Source: Nymphaea colorata
Lineage: Eukaryota
Direction: 5' to 3'
Assembly: GCF_008831285.2 (NCBI RefSeq)
Contig: NC_045138.2
Location: 40,734,001 to 40,798,000 of the forward strand
DNA length: 64,000 nucleotides
A program made the position numbers and the translations under genes. Of this stretch, positions 24,001 to 37,609 are shown piece by piece; within the stretch, counting starts at the first letter, position 1; the number at the start of each line of letters is the position of its first letter. The notes below the pieces were generated by a model, which was not told where the DNA came from, searched no databases, and saw nothing but the letters and a program-made list of their open reading frames with translations.

Positions 24001-25251
24001 GAAAATTTTAACTTAAATTCGGGGATTTGAAATTCTGAAGATCTACAAATCAGATTAGATAAGAGGTAAGCAGATTACGTCCCTGGAATCATCCGAACTG
24101 GGTGCTAGGTGAATAGTTTGCTTATGCTTTTGATGACCGAATTTGGATTTCTTTGATGGTTTTTGTGATTGTCCAAGTTTCGTTTACCTCTGACTGTTAG
24201 TCACATACGGAGCCCAAGTTAGCTGCTGGGATAATTTTTGAAAAGATAAAAATTAACATGAACCTCGGCCAAAGGAAGTGACTTCTTCGAGTGCAGGAAA
24301 GAGATTTTCTCCACAGATGTCTCTTCAATCTTCATAATTCATATGGCCCCATGACAGCATGAGAAATTTTGTCCCAACCAGATCTGTGAAATATATGTAG
24401 AGAAAGGAAAAGATGGTGGCCATTGTTTTAGATTTGTTTCAAGGAATGCAATTTCTATGGCGAGGTTACGCCTCCTTTTCAACAGAAATAAATAACCAAA
24501 TTGCATCTGAGAAGAAGATTTTCGCCTTTACAGAACTGGAGAATGTGGCATTTCAAGTTGCCAATTGAAAAAACTTGTTATGCCTTCGTCCTTTATTCAT
24601 TAGTTGAAGGAAAAGTCTAGTCCAGAACCCTCGTGGGAGTAGCCGTAAGACCCTTCAGGTCCTCCCCACTTGCCTTTCATATTTTGTTCATCGTATGCAT
24701 GTAGCTATTGTACTTCATGACCAGAAAGACAAAGTTCTTAAACATTCGATTAAACTTTGGCATCATATACGAGACAGATAAATAAATAAACAAACAAATA
24801 AATAGGCAACAGCTCGGTAATGTATTCCTGGAGTTTTCTTAAAAGACACTTGAAACACTCTGATATATCATGATCAGGATGTCACAACCACATACAATTA
24901 ACAAATTCCAGATCTTTGTAATATTAGAAAGCTAAGGTCTTTATTCAGCATATTTTTTGCAGGTCTAGCACAGCCAAACAAATGCAAGTGAAGACCTTAA
25001 AGATGGCAACATATGCCCAAGATTAAGAACATATAACCAGTAGACACTCCATGGCTATGTTTCTTCAGAAGAAATGACCCAACTGAGTCCCCTTTCTGAA
25101 ATCAACTTTATTAGAACTTCACATTACCTTCATCTGCCGCATCTGCTTACCTAGAAACTGCAGTTTACAGGACAAAGATTGTCAGCTGGGCAGCTACATA
25201 ATAGTATAAAGCAGATACCAGTCCTTCATAAAGGACACTGTACCTTGACAA

Positions 25252-28200
25252 TTAACTGCATGCTTGAATTGTTCTTGCATGAGTAAAGCTCATTGCAGAA
25301 TGGTGCACGCGGGTTTCACACTTTGGCAATGGCATGACAGTTTCAAAGGCTTCAACAAGCAGCGCTACTTTCTTCCTTCGAGCAGGAGCCAACTTGTTCA
25401 CTGCCTGCCTTAGTGCATAATCTAACATCCACTCCTCTGAGTTTTTTCTTTCATCCATCATCTGATGCCGAAGATCAACCTTCTCTGCATCAGGGTCAGG
25501 CTCAATAGGCAGGAAGCTTGGTCCTCTTGGGTTGAACATCCTTTCCTCATTAACGTTCTCCACTTTGCGTTTGGGATTTGCCCTATATTTGAGGCCACTG
25601 TAGTTTGAGACAGGAGGCTGAATGGCGTTCATCACAGGCCTCATGACTTTCTCATCTTTGTTCATGCTCCCAATATCATCGTTGCTTTCAAAGTTGGATA
25701 CTTCGCTTTGGTTACTTGGGCTTCCGTCTATACCTGTGTTACTGCTCTTCTCAATGATGAAATGGCTTTCAGCTTTAGGAGGACTCCAGACACTTTCCTC
25801 TTGTTGCTCAGTATCACAGTTCATTTGCAGGCCATCTTTGGAACAATCATCAACTGATGTTGGTTTGTTCTGATCGCCAGATTCTCCTGATGAAACGTTA
25901 CATGGACATTGGCTATCTGAAGATCCTAAAGACTGAATTTCAGCTAGTTTGGCGGTGCAGTTTTCTTCATCAGGTACTTCGTCCCGGGATTCGACTTGAA
26001 AATGTTTGCCACCTGTTGCATCCTGATGATTTTGATCCTTCACAATATCAAGTTGGACGAATTCGATGTCCTTTTGAATAACGTTTAGGTTGCTATCCCC
26101 TGTGACTGTTTCATCTTTTGCTTCAGGGACCAACAGCGGAGGGGGACAGTTCTCTGTTTCAAGGTCATCAGGATGTTCAATCACTTTGATTTGGATTTCC
26201 TCGGCAACGTCTTGAACAGCCAGGTCAGAGTTTTGAGTGACCGGAAATGTCGTCTCATCTGCCACAAGATCGTCCTCAGAATAATCAGGAACTGCCTCTA
26301 CCATTGTTTGCACATCTGAACATCCCTGGCCATCTGATGCAACTTGAACATCCACAAGGGCTTCTTTGGCATCATGGTCATCCTTCAATTCGCAACTTCC
26401 TTCAGCAACTACAAATGCTTCATCACCTTCAACTAACCGATTATCTGGATTAGGAATATCATCTTCATAATCCATAGCCTCTTGCTCTGTTGTATAGAGT
26501 TCTACTACAATCACAGTGGTTTCAGTTTGAACTACAGGTGCAGTAGCTTCTGTTTGGACTTGTTCATTGGTGTGGTTGATTTCATCTCCTTGAGAGGTGG
26601 GAAAATTATCGTCTAAGCTTTCATTGATCACAGGCTCTAGCTCTGTTGGATGGAGGGATCCCATGACTTCAGTCTGAACCTCTTCCTTGGGTATGGTGAT
26701 TTCATTCTTTTCTGCAGCAAGAATATCAACATTAGGACAGAAGTCTATAAATTCAGTGTAAACTTCTTCCTTGGTTGTTCCGATTTCATCAGTTTGATCA
26801 GCAGGAAAATTGACCTCTAAGACTTCGGAAGCTATGAGGTCAAGCTCTATTGGATAGAGTTCCACAAACTCTATTAGTTCAGCCTGATCTTCTTCCATTA
26901 TGACTATTTCATCACCTTGTGCAGCAGGGTCATCAATCTCAACGTTTTCAATGGCTTCACTGGAGTCCTCTGGTAAAGGATTGCCGGTTTGATCACAGAA
27001 ATCCAGCGGTGTGCTGTTGCTGAAGGGGTTGCTATCTGGTTCATCATAGATTAATACTGCTTCACGCACCAGAGGAGTACTTGCGTGCTCTGGCTCACCA
27101 TCAGTGAATGAACTACCAGAAGTCTCATCATAGAGACTTGCTTCGTCATCCTCTTCCATTTCTGTGATAGTGTCCGAACGTAATCCAACTTCATCTGATT
27201 CACTTCCACCGCAAGCTTCAGAAGTCACGTCTTCTTCTGGAAAAAAACTGCCATTCTCATCCGAAAGCTGGTCCAATGCCACATTGCAATCAATGCTTTG
27301 AGAGGCTCCTGACAAAGCAGCTGCAGTATCTGCATCTCGCAGACAGGAATCATCAATCCTGTCTTCATGATTGCCACCGTCTTCAGCTTCTAAAGAGACG
27401 TTTTTCTCATAATGTGCTCTGCTTGATACAGTTTCTTCTGCCTTTACACAATCCTGTTCTGATTCCGAGGCAATTTTTTCACATGAAACAACTACGGATT
27501 CACTAAGTTTTTTTGCATCATCTTCTTCATTTGTTGGTTCCGCAACTTCATCATCGGAACAAATTTCCATGTTTCCACACTTACCAAAGCTCTCGACATC
27601 CGTTAGATCAGGTGCCCAATCTGGGAATATCTCCAGAAAGAATTCATCACTCCAATCTCCCGTCAGCAGTTCACTCTGTTCTTCATTCCAACTGTGCGGC
27701 CACCTCGGCGAGCTGATCATGTCCGTCCGGAACACCTCTTCACTTCTGACAGGCACCAAATTCTGCCCTGTATCTATTTTTTTCTTAACTTCTTTAGCGT
27801 TTTTAATCCTCCGTGGTATGCTTCCTTTCATCTTAACGCTCTTCTGAGTCTTCAGCAAACGCCTCCTTGCTGATATGAAGTGCTTCAAGGGAGGCAAGGG
27901 CTTATGAAAATGCCCATTGAGAGAGCAATAAGTATACGGGCAGACCTTAAAGATTGAAGTTCCTTCAGATTCTGTGCCTCCAGGATGAAGGTCCAAATAA
28001 TCAGGGAACTTCGAGTCCTTTATTGTGGAAGAACAAGTCGAACGCGCAATATCTTGCAGTGAAAATAAAGGCAGCCCAGTAGCCTTCATGGAAGGCTTGA
28101 TCGGCTTCAAGCTAGAGGACCTCGTCAATTGCTTCACGTTCTTCGACGCCGACGCCGTCGTCGACTTAGAACCACGAGCGTCAGGCTTTTTACGAGTATA

Positions 28201-28581
28201 ATTCGAATCTCTAGCCCTCTGAATTCTATTGCTGGTTTGTGTTTGGGTGCTTACCTGCACGTTCTCCTTCCTCTTGTCTGAACTGCTTGTGGGTTTCATG
28301 TAGTTTGGCGATCTATCCTCCATCCTGGTTGCCGTCTGCTTCTTCTTGGCGTCCTCGTCCTGTTTCGGAGGTGATCCAATGCTACGCCAGTCTGCAAGTT
28401 TTAACGATCGAGATCTTCTCAGCTTCTTCTTCAGCTCACCACCTCCCCTGATGGATTGAGAAGGCCGAGCAATCATCTCCTCATACAGAGGAGACTTTCC
28501 CGCAGTTCGTCGGTCCAGTTTAATAGAATTCTTCATTTCTGCTCTGTTTCCGACCTTGTTTTCTGCCTTTTTTTGCACCAT
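25252..28581 (-). CDS. Plant calmodulin-binding domain protein (PICBP-like), 1109 aa, single coding exon
   Basis: Basic N-terminus with SPNYMKPTSSS, RSTCSSTIKDSKFP, GGTESEGTS..KVCPYTYCSLNGH and PPLKHFISARRRLLKTQKS, then a long acidic middle region. The C-terminal CaM-binding domain reads FNPRGPSFLPIEPDPDAEKVDLRHQMMDERKNSEEWMLDYALRQAVNKLAPARRKKVALLVEAFETV. Confidence 0.92.
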   Translation of the reverse strand: MVQKKAENKVGNRAEMKNSIKLDRRTAGKSPLYEEMIARPSQSIRGGGELKKKLRRSRSLKLADWRSIGSPPKQDEDAKKKQTATRMEDRSPNYMKPTSSSDKRKENVQVSTQTQTSNRIQRARDSNYTRKKPDARGSKSTTASASKNVKQLTRSSSLKPIKPSMKATGLPLFSLQDIARSTCSSTIKDSKFPDYLDLHPGGTESEGTSIFKVCPYTYCSLNGHFHKPLPPLKHFISARRRLLKTQKSVKMKGSIPRRIKNAKEVKKKIDTGQNLVPVRSEEVFRTDMISSPRWPHSWNEEQSELLTGDWSDEFFLEIFPDWAPDLTDVESFGKCGNMEICSDDEVAEPTNEEDDAKKLSESVVVSCEKIASESEQDCVKAEETVSSRAHYEKNVSLEAEDGGNHEDRIDDSCLRDADTAAALSGASQSIDCNVALDQLSDENGSFFPEEDVTSEACGGSESDEVGLRSDTITEMEEDDEASLYDETSGSSFTDGEPEHASTPLVREAVLIYDEPDSNPFSNSTPLDFCDQTGNPLPEDSSEAIENVEIDDPAAQGDEIVIMEEDQAELIEFVELYPIELDLIASEVLEVNFPADQTDEIGTTKEEVYTEFIDFCPNVDILAAEKNEITIPKEEVQTEVMGSLHPTELEPVINESLDDNFPTSQGDEINHTNEQVQTEATAPVVQTETTVIVVELYTTEQEAMDYEDDIPNPDNRLVEGDEAFVVAEGSCELKDDHDAKEALVDVQVASDGQGCSDVQTMVEAVPDYSEDDLVADETTFPVTQNSDLAVQDVAEEIQIKVIEHPDDLETENCPPPLLVPEAKDETVTGDSNLNVIQKDIEFVQLDIVKDQNHQDATGGKHFQVESRDEVPDEENCTAKLAEIQSLGSSDSQCPCNVSSGESGDQNKPTSVDDCSKDGLQMNCDTEQQEESVWSPPKAESHFIIEKSSNTGIDGSPSNQSEVSNFESNDDIGSMNKDEKVMRPVMNAIQPPVSNYSGLKYRANPKRKVENVNEERMFNPRGPSFLPIEPDPDAEKVDLRHQMMDERKNSEEWMLDYALRQAVNKLAPARRKKVALLVEAFETVMPLPKCETRVHHSAMSFTHARTIQACS

Positions 28582-31503
28582 GGTGGAAGCAAACTTGGAT
28601 GGTGCGGATCAAAGAAGAAAGTTGGGTCGGTGCCTTGTGCCTTCTGGTTGGTGGCTATGGTGCTCTGTATTCCTTCCCTTGATGGGTGAATGAATTGCAG
28701 ATAGAGGAAGGAAAGGGGAGAAGAAGACTTTCATGGTGGGTTAGATGGGAGTGGGAAGACGGAAACAAGGTTGGAAGACGCACACCAACCATGGAATTCC
28801 ATAGCTGATTTTCATCAGCTACAGTGGCCCTGCAATTGACATACAAAGTTTTTCTTTTCTGCGAAATCTTTTCACCGTTCTTCTATGAGGAATTCATGCA
28901 GGAACCTACAGCATGTACCTAATCTCCAAAACGGACCTTGTATCTTCTAATTGTTTCAAATACTTCAAGCAATTTTAGCTAGGAGCCCGTGTTTGGAGAT
29001 TATCAATAAGAGTGTGCCGCTTTAAAAATTTAAATGTAAAAGGTTGTACCTTAAGTTGAAAGTCTCTTCCATTTGTTTTACTTGAATCCACCAGACTGGG
29101 CCCTTCCATTTGAAAATTTGGATATGAATGGATGAGTCCCTTGTTTTCTTATTGTGCTGCTTTTTTCCTCTTACTGGCGCTATTGGCTTTCTGTTGCATT
29201 ATTAATTTGTTTTCACTAGCTTTTTAAAACTTAGGTGGCCTTGATTCTTGATGGCCAAATTACATATATGCCCAAAACCCTAATGTCCAAAACTTGAACA
29301 ACATTGATTCTTCTGCACCAAGTTATTCCTGCCTGCTCAAAATTAGGTCTATTTCTCAAGAACCCATCAAACCCAGGTGGCTTTTGACCTAATTTACATG
29401 CTAAGCTCATTTATTAAGCATAAACTAAGCACCTAATACATGTTCACCAAGTTAAGGCATCTCAAAGGCAATGAATGTCAAAACCCTCTCTCCCCTAAAT
29501 CCCCTCCTCAGCCTGGGTGTAGTTAGCCTTAATTTTGGTTGGATGTTGATTCCAATGCATTGGTGGCAACCATATATGTAAAAAGCTACAACATATGGGA
29601 AAAAATAATTCAGAATCTAATGTATCTGCAGTAATCTATCTACATGATCCACTGCAAATAAGTTTATCAGATTTTAAGGCTTCAATTTGCAGAAATATTT
29701 GCTTAAAATGGTTGAATTATACTGGAGGGTTCTTGTGGATGTGGGCCCATGGGGCAAAAAAAAAAAAATCATATCTCTTCCCCCTTTGCTTTATTTTCCT
29801 TTATTTTATCCTTTTGTTTGTTTTTATATGGTATCAAAAAGGATATTTTATTTATCAGGTTGGTGATTTCTTACTTGTTCCTGTGATATATATATATATA
29901 TATATATATATCGTATTATCTTTACGACAGTTCAGTTTGTTGTAAACAAGTTCTCTAATATTGAGACTTCATATATTGGGAAGTCAAACTATAACGAGAA
30001 AGAAGGTAAAGGTCTTTTTTTTTGTCGGTCGAAACCATATATATTTAATATTTCTTTCACTTATTTATTTCTCACCATATCATGCTCGGCAGGTTCGGTT
30101 TCCTTTGCATATTTCAGATAACCAAATCAGATTCGAATGGATCGTCGGATAAAATTTCAACCTTCCATAAGCCAATATTTTGAAATACACGTTTCTACCA
30201 CACATGCTTTAAAAACATCAATATGCTATGTTGGTGTGATTATCTCTGGTCTTCAGCTGTTGATGATAAAACATATATGTCAAGAATATAATGTTCTTTC
30301 ATATTAAATGAAGTGCTTACCGTTCCCCTTATCTCTTCCGGCCTTGTTTGCAGTATTTTAGGGTTTTACAGTTTAGGAAGTTGAAGTCACGTAAGCTCGA
30401 AACGAAAACTGACCGCTTACCAGCCTCTGCTGCTTCATCCATTGCACCAACCTCTCGAGATTGTACTCGGCTTAATTAATATATTATAGGATAAGACAAA
30501 GTTAAGAGTTTAGAAGAAGAATTAAGGCATGAAGGGTGTTTTGGTACATTGAAGAGAAGTACAAAGTGGCCGGCTTGTATGACCCGGCAGCCACCGGGAA
30601 AAGGGTGAGGAGGAAGCGTGAGGGGTTTGGAATGAGGAAGACTACAAACAAGGGTCGGCTGCCGGCAATAAAGGGGGTCCGGAGGGTCCCTCTTCACCTT
30701 TATGGACGGCTTGTTTGATTTCTTTTGGGTTTCCAACTTTTAGTCCTACCTCACTACCACATCCCCTTCATCTTTTTTCTTTGTTTTCAACATTTGGATC
30801 TCCTGTTACACATCCCTGACTAGAACATTCTAAAGCACAGCTAATCTCGCCAAGGGATGAACATTCTTTTTTGGGTTTTTCATTTTTAGTTGTGATCGTT
30901 ATGTATCTTTATCACTTGGCTAATGAGATGGATGAAGAAGTTTAGGTTCAGTAAGGTGATTTAGAAGTTCGTTCCTAATCAGAATAAACGTCAACTCCAT
31001 AGCAATGAAGGAAAAAAATCAAAGTTTCCTTGTGTTTGACTGCCGCTCGTCTGATCAAAGATCTTAGATTTTTCAAAATTTTGGTTTGAAAGATCCCATT
31101 GTATATCAAACTCTCACCCTTTCATATGAGATTCACGAATTTCAGGCCTAATGGGGATCTCAATTTTATAGTTCTTAGGTAGCAGTTTGCTGGAACTATG
31201 TATTTAAATCAGACCCTCAAATTTAAGATCCAAGATAACCAAATGCCCACTAACTCTAGCTTGCTGATAAACCCAAAAAAGAAGAAAAACTCTTAATCTT
31301 TTATGTTTTTTTTTGTTATACTTTTCAACTATTCTCATCTTGCAGCTAGTCGTGGGCATCTTCTGTTTCAATGCGGCACTTGATACACCATTTGTTTTTG
31401 GGAGTTTCTTTATTGGTATTAGGTGTTCGGAGATTGGTATTTGGTAGATCACAATTCACAAGCAATCGACTAATTGGATCCATATCCATATTATAGAAAA
31501 AAT

Positions 31504-31588
31504 ATTGGGTTTTCATGCAAGAATTTATTGGGTTTCGTTTTTCATGCAAGAGATTGGTTTCGTTTTTCATGCAAGAATATTGGGTTTT
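31504..31588. repeat. Short tandem repeat, ~25-bp unit, about 3.5 copies
   Basis: Recurring ATTGG(G)TTT(CGTTT)TTCATGCAAGA. Confidence 0.8.
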
Positions 31589-32880
31589 CCTTAAATTTAA
31601 AGATGCTTTCTCTCATTTTCTTCTCCTCCAGAAGCTTCCTTCTCCATTATTGAGATGGGATCGTCGTGCATGGGACATGTGCATATGAGACTGTGATATG
31701 ATAAATGAGTCAGATCCTAAGACTAGATGGTAGGACCCAGATCGTGAGGTTCGGATATCGACGTCCAAGCCAGTTGGAGGGACGGCAATGACGGTTTGGA
31801 GCTTACCGGAATCCAAAGCACCGGCCGACCAATTTAGTGCTCCAACTCCAAGCGTCGGTGCTTGGTTAGAAAGGGAGGTGTCCCCAAATGCCAGCCAATT
31901 TGGAGTACAATTTTGGATTCTTCACCAAAAGGCGTGGCTAAAGATTACGGTAGTGGTTGATGTACGTTACTCCATCTGGTGGCTTGTACGTGAACACAAA
32001 ATAAAAAAAGTCTGTGTAAACACAAAAATTGAAAATTTTTAGTTAGTAATGTATTTTTTATATTTGAATTTAGTTTAGTTCTACCCCGATTTAATTTGAC
32101 CCTACCCGGATAAGTTCGATGGACGATTTGGCTCAGTCCTGAAAAAAATCTTGGCTTCGCCCCTGCCTAGCATAGTTTGTTGAATGTGCAGTTGCATAAA
32201 AGGTGTATCTTTACTTCAATTCTCATAGGTACTATTCTTCTGAATTATAAACAAAACAATAAAATCACCAGTATTATACCCAAGGACCAAGTATCGTAAG
32301 ATCCCAAGGGCCCAGGACTGTGAGGGCTGGTGGAATGAGAGGAGACCTTCGGTCCTCTTTTCCGATGGTTGCTAACCATCTTCCTCACCAGGATTATACC
32401 ACTTTATATGTTGCCAATTATTAAAAAAACTGAAAGCATTTGTGATTATGTAGACTGAATGATGAAGTTGTATTTCTTAAACATGTAAGATGCCTTTTAT
32501 AAGTTGTAGAAAGAAAACAGACCGTTGATTTTTAAATTCTTAGGAGGATTTATTTGCGCTCATGAGAAGAATGTAAGTTTTATGTGAAATGTTTTGGATA
32601 AGGAGATCACATTTGGTAGATATTGCAAGAAAATGAGTGCAGATTGTTAAAAATGAAAAAAGAAAGACTCGCTAGTTACACCAGTTAAATAACAATTTGA
32701 ACTATTGAATGACTTTTTCTGAGTGCCCATATCTTCAATTTTTCAAGTTGGAAATTATTTCTGTAGTTTAAAATGATACCTACCCACTTCCTTGTTTCCT
32801 CTCAGGCAAAATATCTAGGCACTGGGATGAAGCTATAAAAAAAAATCAAATTGTCATTAGTAAAAAAGTTAAAGTGGCAC

Positions 32881-32883
<3 letters not shown>

Positions 32884-32951
<68 letters not shown>
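32884..32951. repeat. Compound (CT)n(CA)n microsatellite
   Basis: Directly visible; a similar compound repeat lies at ~2012-2051. Confidence 0.9.
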
Positions 32952-32954
<3 letters not shown>

Positions 32955-35900
32955 CACACATGTGCAGGCACACACAAAAGACTAATTTGAAGGGGAACCA
33001 AAAACAAGATACCACTTAAATTTAAACAAAAGATCATGAAGGCTAATTTAGCAGAATACATATTTTAGATCAACCTATTTTTGTGAAAAAAAAAAATTAT
33101 TTTTGACTACCAAAATTTTAGTGTTTTACAAATTTATTAATTTTTTGAATGAACAAATAACACTTTTAAAGCTCAAAAATCATATTTATAAGATTATAAA
33201 AATATACATTGATAATCTATTTTAAGAAGTCTGACGGATATAAAGACTCACAGACAAGTGTTCGTATGCATCCGTTATAGGAGGAACAACATGGACATGT
33301 TCCAGTGGGAGGAGGCGGCCAATTGTGTGAAAGTGTTAGAATGCTAATGACCACATCCACATTGAGAAATGAGGTGAGTTTTATTTATTGATCATTCACC
33401 ATTTTCAAAGATATTGAAGTTGGTAGCGCTATTAGAACATATTCCCAACGCCGTTGATAATCCCAAGAAGTGAACCCAAATCTCCAGTGGAGGCCCATGA
33501 AAGCTACCGCCAATAAATATATATATATATATATATGAGAAAGAGTAAGGTAGGAAAGAATGGGACCTATGGAATCAAATGCTGTCGATTACCATACTTT
33601 CTTCCCTTCACAGGAGGTCGAAAGCATCTTTCCTACCGAATTCGCCTCCCAATGGAAGCAGCACTCAAGGATTCATGAATGGTGTAAAAATGTTCTGTTC
33701 CTCGGCACACGAGAGTTCATAACTACTGTAAGAATATTTTTACCCTTCCCTCTGTCTGTTTTCAAATTCGATGCAAGAAATACGAAAATTGTCAGATGCA
33801 CCTAACAGTGAAAAGTTGCAGAGGATGGCTAAAAATTAAAAACTCGCCGTTATAAGCACTTGCTAACAGTCAAATAATCTGTTGTTATACCAGAATAATA
33901 GGTAATGCTCTTATAACCACTGTTGCAGATATCACGATATTTTAAAAAATTTGGAAATATTAATGAAAAAAAACCAAGAAAATACCTTTTTCTTAAAGGA
34001 AAAAATAAATTCTACTTTTTGGATTTTGATTGCGTCTTTATCCCACTTTTTTTCCTTTTTTTGTTTTTTTCCTTGTTTTTTTACATCATTATCATCGTAC
34101 ATCATCGTACATTCAAATTTAAACTGAAATAAAGTTACTTGTCATCATTAAAACATTATTTGTTTTCTCTGATGTCTTTTTATTATTTTTATCAAATTTT
34201 CTAATGTTCTTGTTTTTTCTCAAAAATTTCTCTGAATTTTATAAAAAATAACTTCACCAAAAAAATACACGAAAAAAACCTCATCATTAAAAATACAAGA
34301 ACGACATTTACCAGAATACTTCTACCCACTATTTTTTAGCCATAAATTTTTAAATTTTAACTATCCAGCAAACATGGGACATCCAACAGTACATATTTCA
34401 AAGTCGAGGGAATCTGGTTTAAAATGGCCATTCCCTTACTAAATAGGGCCTGCAAGCAAGCAGGAACAAGTTCATGTGCCTGTGTCGAGATGTGACTAGT
34501 GTTGGAACTTTGTGACCTGACATACTGTGGGCTCACAGGTCCGTAGAAACTCAGTTATGTTCCAAGAGAAGGGTGAGCCTTCCCCTTTATCCAAACATCT
34601 GAGCACCAAGACCCCTTCACATTCTTGACAGTTTCATGAGACAAGCATGTATTTCACATATGGCTGTTCTGTGACACTGGTCATGCCTCCCCTCTAGGCT
34701 GTCATCTTTGTCTTTATTACATTCCAAAATAATTGTTAACTTCTTAAAGATATGGACAACAACATGGCTTGACTAGGGTCACTAAAGGCCAATGGCAAGT
34801 CATGAGGGTAGAAAAGAAGAGCAATTTCTTCTAATTGACTCATGTGGCCTGCATGGTGGTAATTGTGCTTGGGAAGCAATCGCTCATGTTAAATTTGCAG
34901 TTATAATGGCTGACACTTCAGCTTACCAAACAGAAAAAAGAAAATCATTTTTGAAAAAAGTTGCTTTGCAAGTCAGAGCCCTTTAATAAATCTGATTAAG
35001 TGCGCAGAGCACCCATACTTGATAGTGCTCCTGAGGCGAGGGATAGCACTCCATGAGAATCAAACAAGAGATATGCCTAATACACACCTCATGTCCGACC
35101 AACTACTCTACGCCCCGCCCCGCCCCTTTTGGCTACACCGAAGAGAGTCTGGAAATTGAAAAACAAGCTAAAGTATATTTAGTTTGGACATATTAATTTA
35201 CGACAAGCAATTATTATGACCACCTATGGTTGAATTTGTAAAATTACAGTACTTTAAATTTGGTTGACACATCAAGTTTCAGGTAAGCTGGAGAAAGGAT
35301 CCCACCGATCTGGAAAAGGAACAGTTTACTTTGGTCTTCAGTGAGCAATAACCATTCTTGTTACATTTGAATTCTTATTAAGTCATGAAGTTGAAAAAAA
35401 AATCGTATATGAGAAAAAGAGAGAGAGAGAGAGTTTAACGTCTTTGCATCATGATGGATGCCTTTGCCCCCACAGCGTCGGTGAGAGAGAGAGAATGATT
35501 AAAGAGCATTGGATTCTTAATGAACAATATATGAAGCGAATAAGTTTCATCTATTAATCATGTCCAAGTGGGAAAACCCTGAAAGCATGTCCAGAGGTCA
35601 GAACAGAATAGATCAACCAATGAACAGGGCTACATGAGAATGGAGAAACTCCGACTAGCCCATGTTGGATATTCAAATTTTCATTGTGAAGACCACCTTT
35701 AAAATATCGGCTAATACCGCAACATATCAGTTTTTTCTGACTATCCATACCTGGATCTCATCCTCGCACGTGATTTCGATTAATTTCAACCCCACAAAAT
35801 ATAATTCGCAGTGCGGGACCCATTTCCTTTTGACTTGCGATTCACATGTTACCGTAAAGAAAATATCAAAAGTGAAAATAAATTTTGTTCAATGACTAAA

Positions 35901-37301
35901 CCACTCATGAAGATCGACATTTTTTTGTTGGGTAGATTCGCATGATCATGTTTACGTGTATATAATATGTTGACGGCGGAGGGGACGACAACGAAACGGC
36001 TGAATCCAGAGGCGTCGGGTGTAAGGGTCGATATGTTGATAAAATAATACTAGTAGCTTTTTTAACGATCACGCAAGGTCAACCGCATATGTAGTGATTA
36101 TAAACACATCTTTGTGAATAATTTGGAACGTGCAGTCTACATGCCTATCCGTATCCACAGAAAAATCTCAAACCCCATTTCAGAGTTTCTCGAGCAAGCC
36201 CTAACATGTTCTCAGAGGAGGAGGCACAACATAGATCGGCAAAAACATCACGTAGTGGCATCCAAGTTACTGAAGTAAAATTAAGACATAGCAAGTTAAG
36301 ATGTACTTACCCATAATGGAAATTTTCCATTTTAGCGATGCTGGTTAAACTGTTGTCTTTTGCTTGTCTACACTAACAGATTGGAGAACTTAAAGCATCT
36401 GATTCATGTTAAACAGGTCGTGTACACATGATAATGGTGACGATGAAGCTTCTTCTTTTACACAGCAACTTGTCAGTGAATCAGATTGTCAAAACTATAA
36501 ACGGATGACAAACGTAATTAATATTCAACTCCCAAAAATAGAGACTTCGTAGACTTTGACAATTAATCTTTTCAGTACATACAGGCATGGCTAGATTCCC
36601 TATCAGTTAGTATGAATCAATCTTTGATAACATCCAGGAAGAATTGCAGTTAAACAATTGCCACAACAGTTATAGACTCAATTCATCTCAGATGATTCTC
36701 GATTACCATATATGAGAATCAGTCATATCTCGTAGAACAGAAACCACGTGACGTAAGATAAACAAGATAAGATGATGAGATCCAACTCTGTATCAGCTGT
36801 ATCCTAAAGATTTAAAAAGGCAAATTGAGGGGAAAGAAGATTGAATGAGGAAACCAATTTCTATTCAGTACCACACTCTCGAACATTATTCAGAATTGTG
36901 TGCTAAAGAGAGCACACCAAAAGAAATTTTGAAGTTTTGAACCATTACACAAATAAGAAAAAAAACTTGGTTATTGAATCATAGATTAACTTAAAAACTA
37001 AAACTCACATTTAAAACAGAGAGGAATAACACAAAAGATATTATCTGTATCATATTCTAAAAGACCAAGTTAAGAGATAAGAGAAACTTTACAGGACTGA
37101 TATAAAATATCGGAAGGAAATTTAGTAACTTATGTAACAACTTAAAATTGAAAAATAATTTGGAAATGAGAAAGCACAATGACATCAAGTTCCCACCATG
37201 ATTATGTAATAGATGGGAATCAATGAGATGAAATAAAAAGCATAAAGAATTGATGGCTGCAACAAGACATGCGGCCTCTTCATGAAGATGAAGTGAAACT
37301 A

Positions 37302-37609
37302 AAAACTGAGCCAAAGAATGATTTATTAATGATACAAACTTGTACATCCAAAAATCAAGCAAGTAAGTCATACTATTTTTCTCACAGCAATAACAGAGTA
37401 AGAAGAAAGATGAAATATGGAACAGTCTCCATGATCATAGCATTTTATGAAAACTGAGCCAAAAAAGAATGATACATCAATGATACAAACTTGTACATCC
37501 AAAATCAAGGAAGCAAGTCATGCTATTTTTCTCACAGCAATAAGTAGCAAGAAAACAATAGGAGTAAGAAGAAAGATGAAATATGGAACAACCTCCATGA
37601 TCATACCAT
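37302..37609. repeat. Diverged tandem duplication of the last ~30 codons, stop and proximal 3'UTR of the adjacent gene
   Basis: 37302-37443 aligns to 37450-37609 (AAAACTGAGCCAAA..GAATGAT..ATGATACAAACTTGTACATCCAAAA..CTATTTTTCTCACAGCAATAA..GAGTAAGAAGAAAGATGAAATATGGAACA..CTCCATGATCATA). The distal copy has a short internal deletion. Confidence 0.9.
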
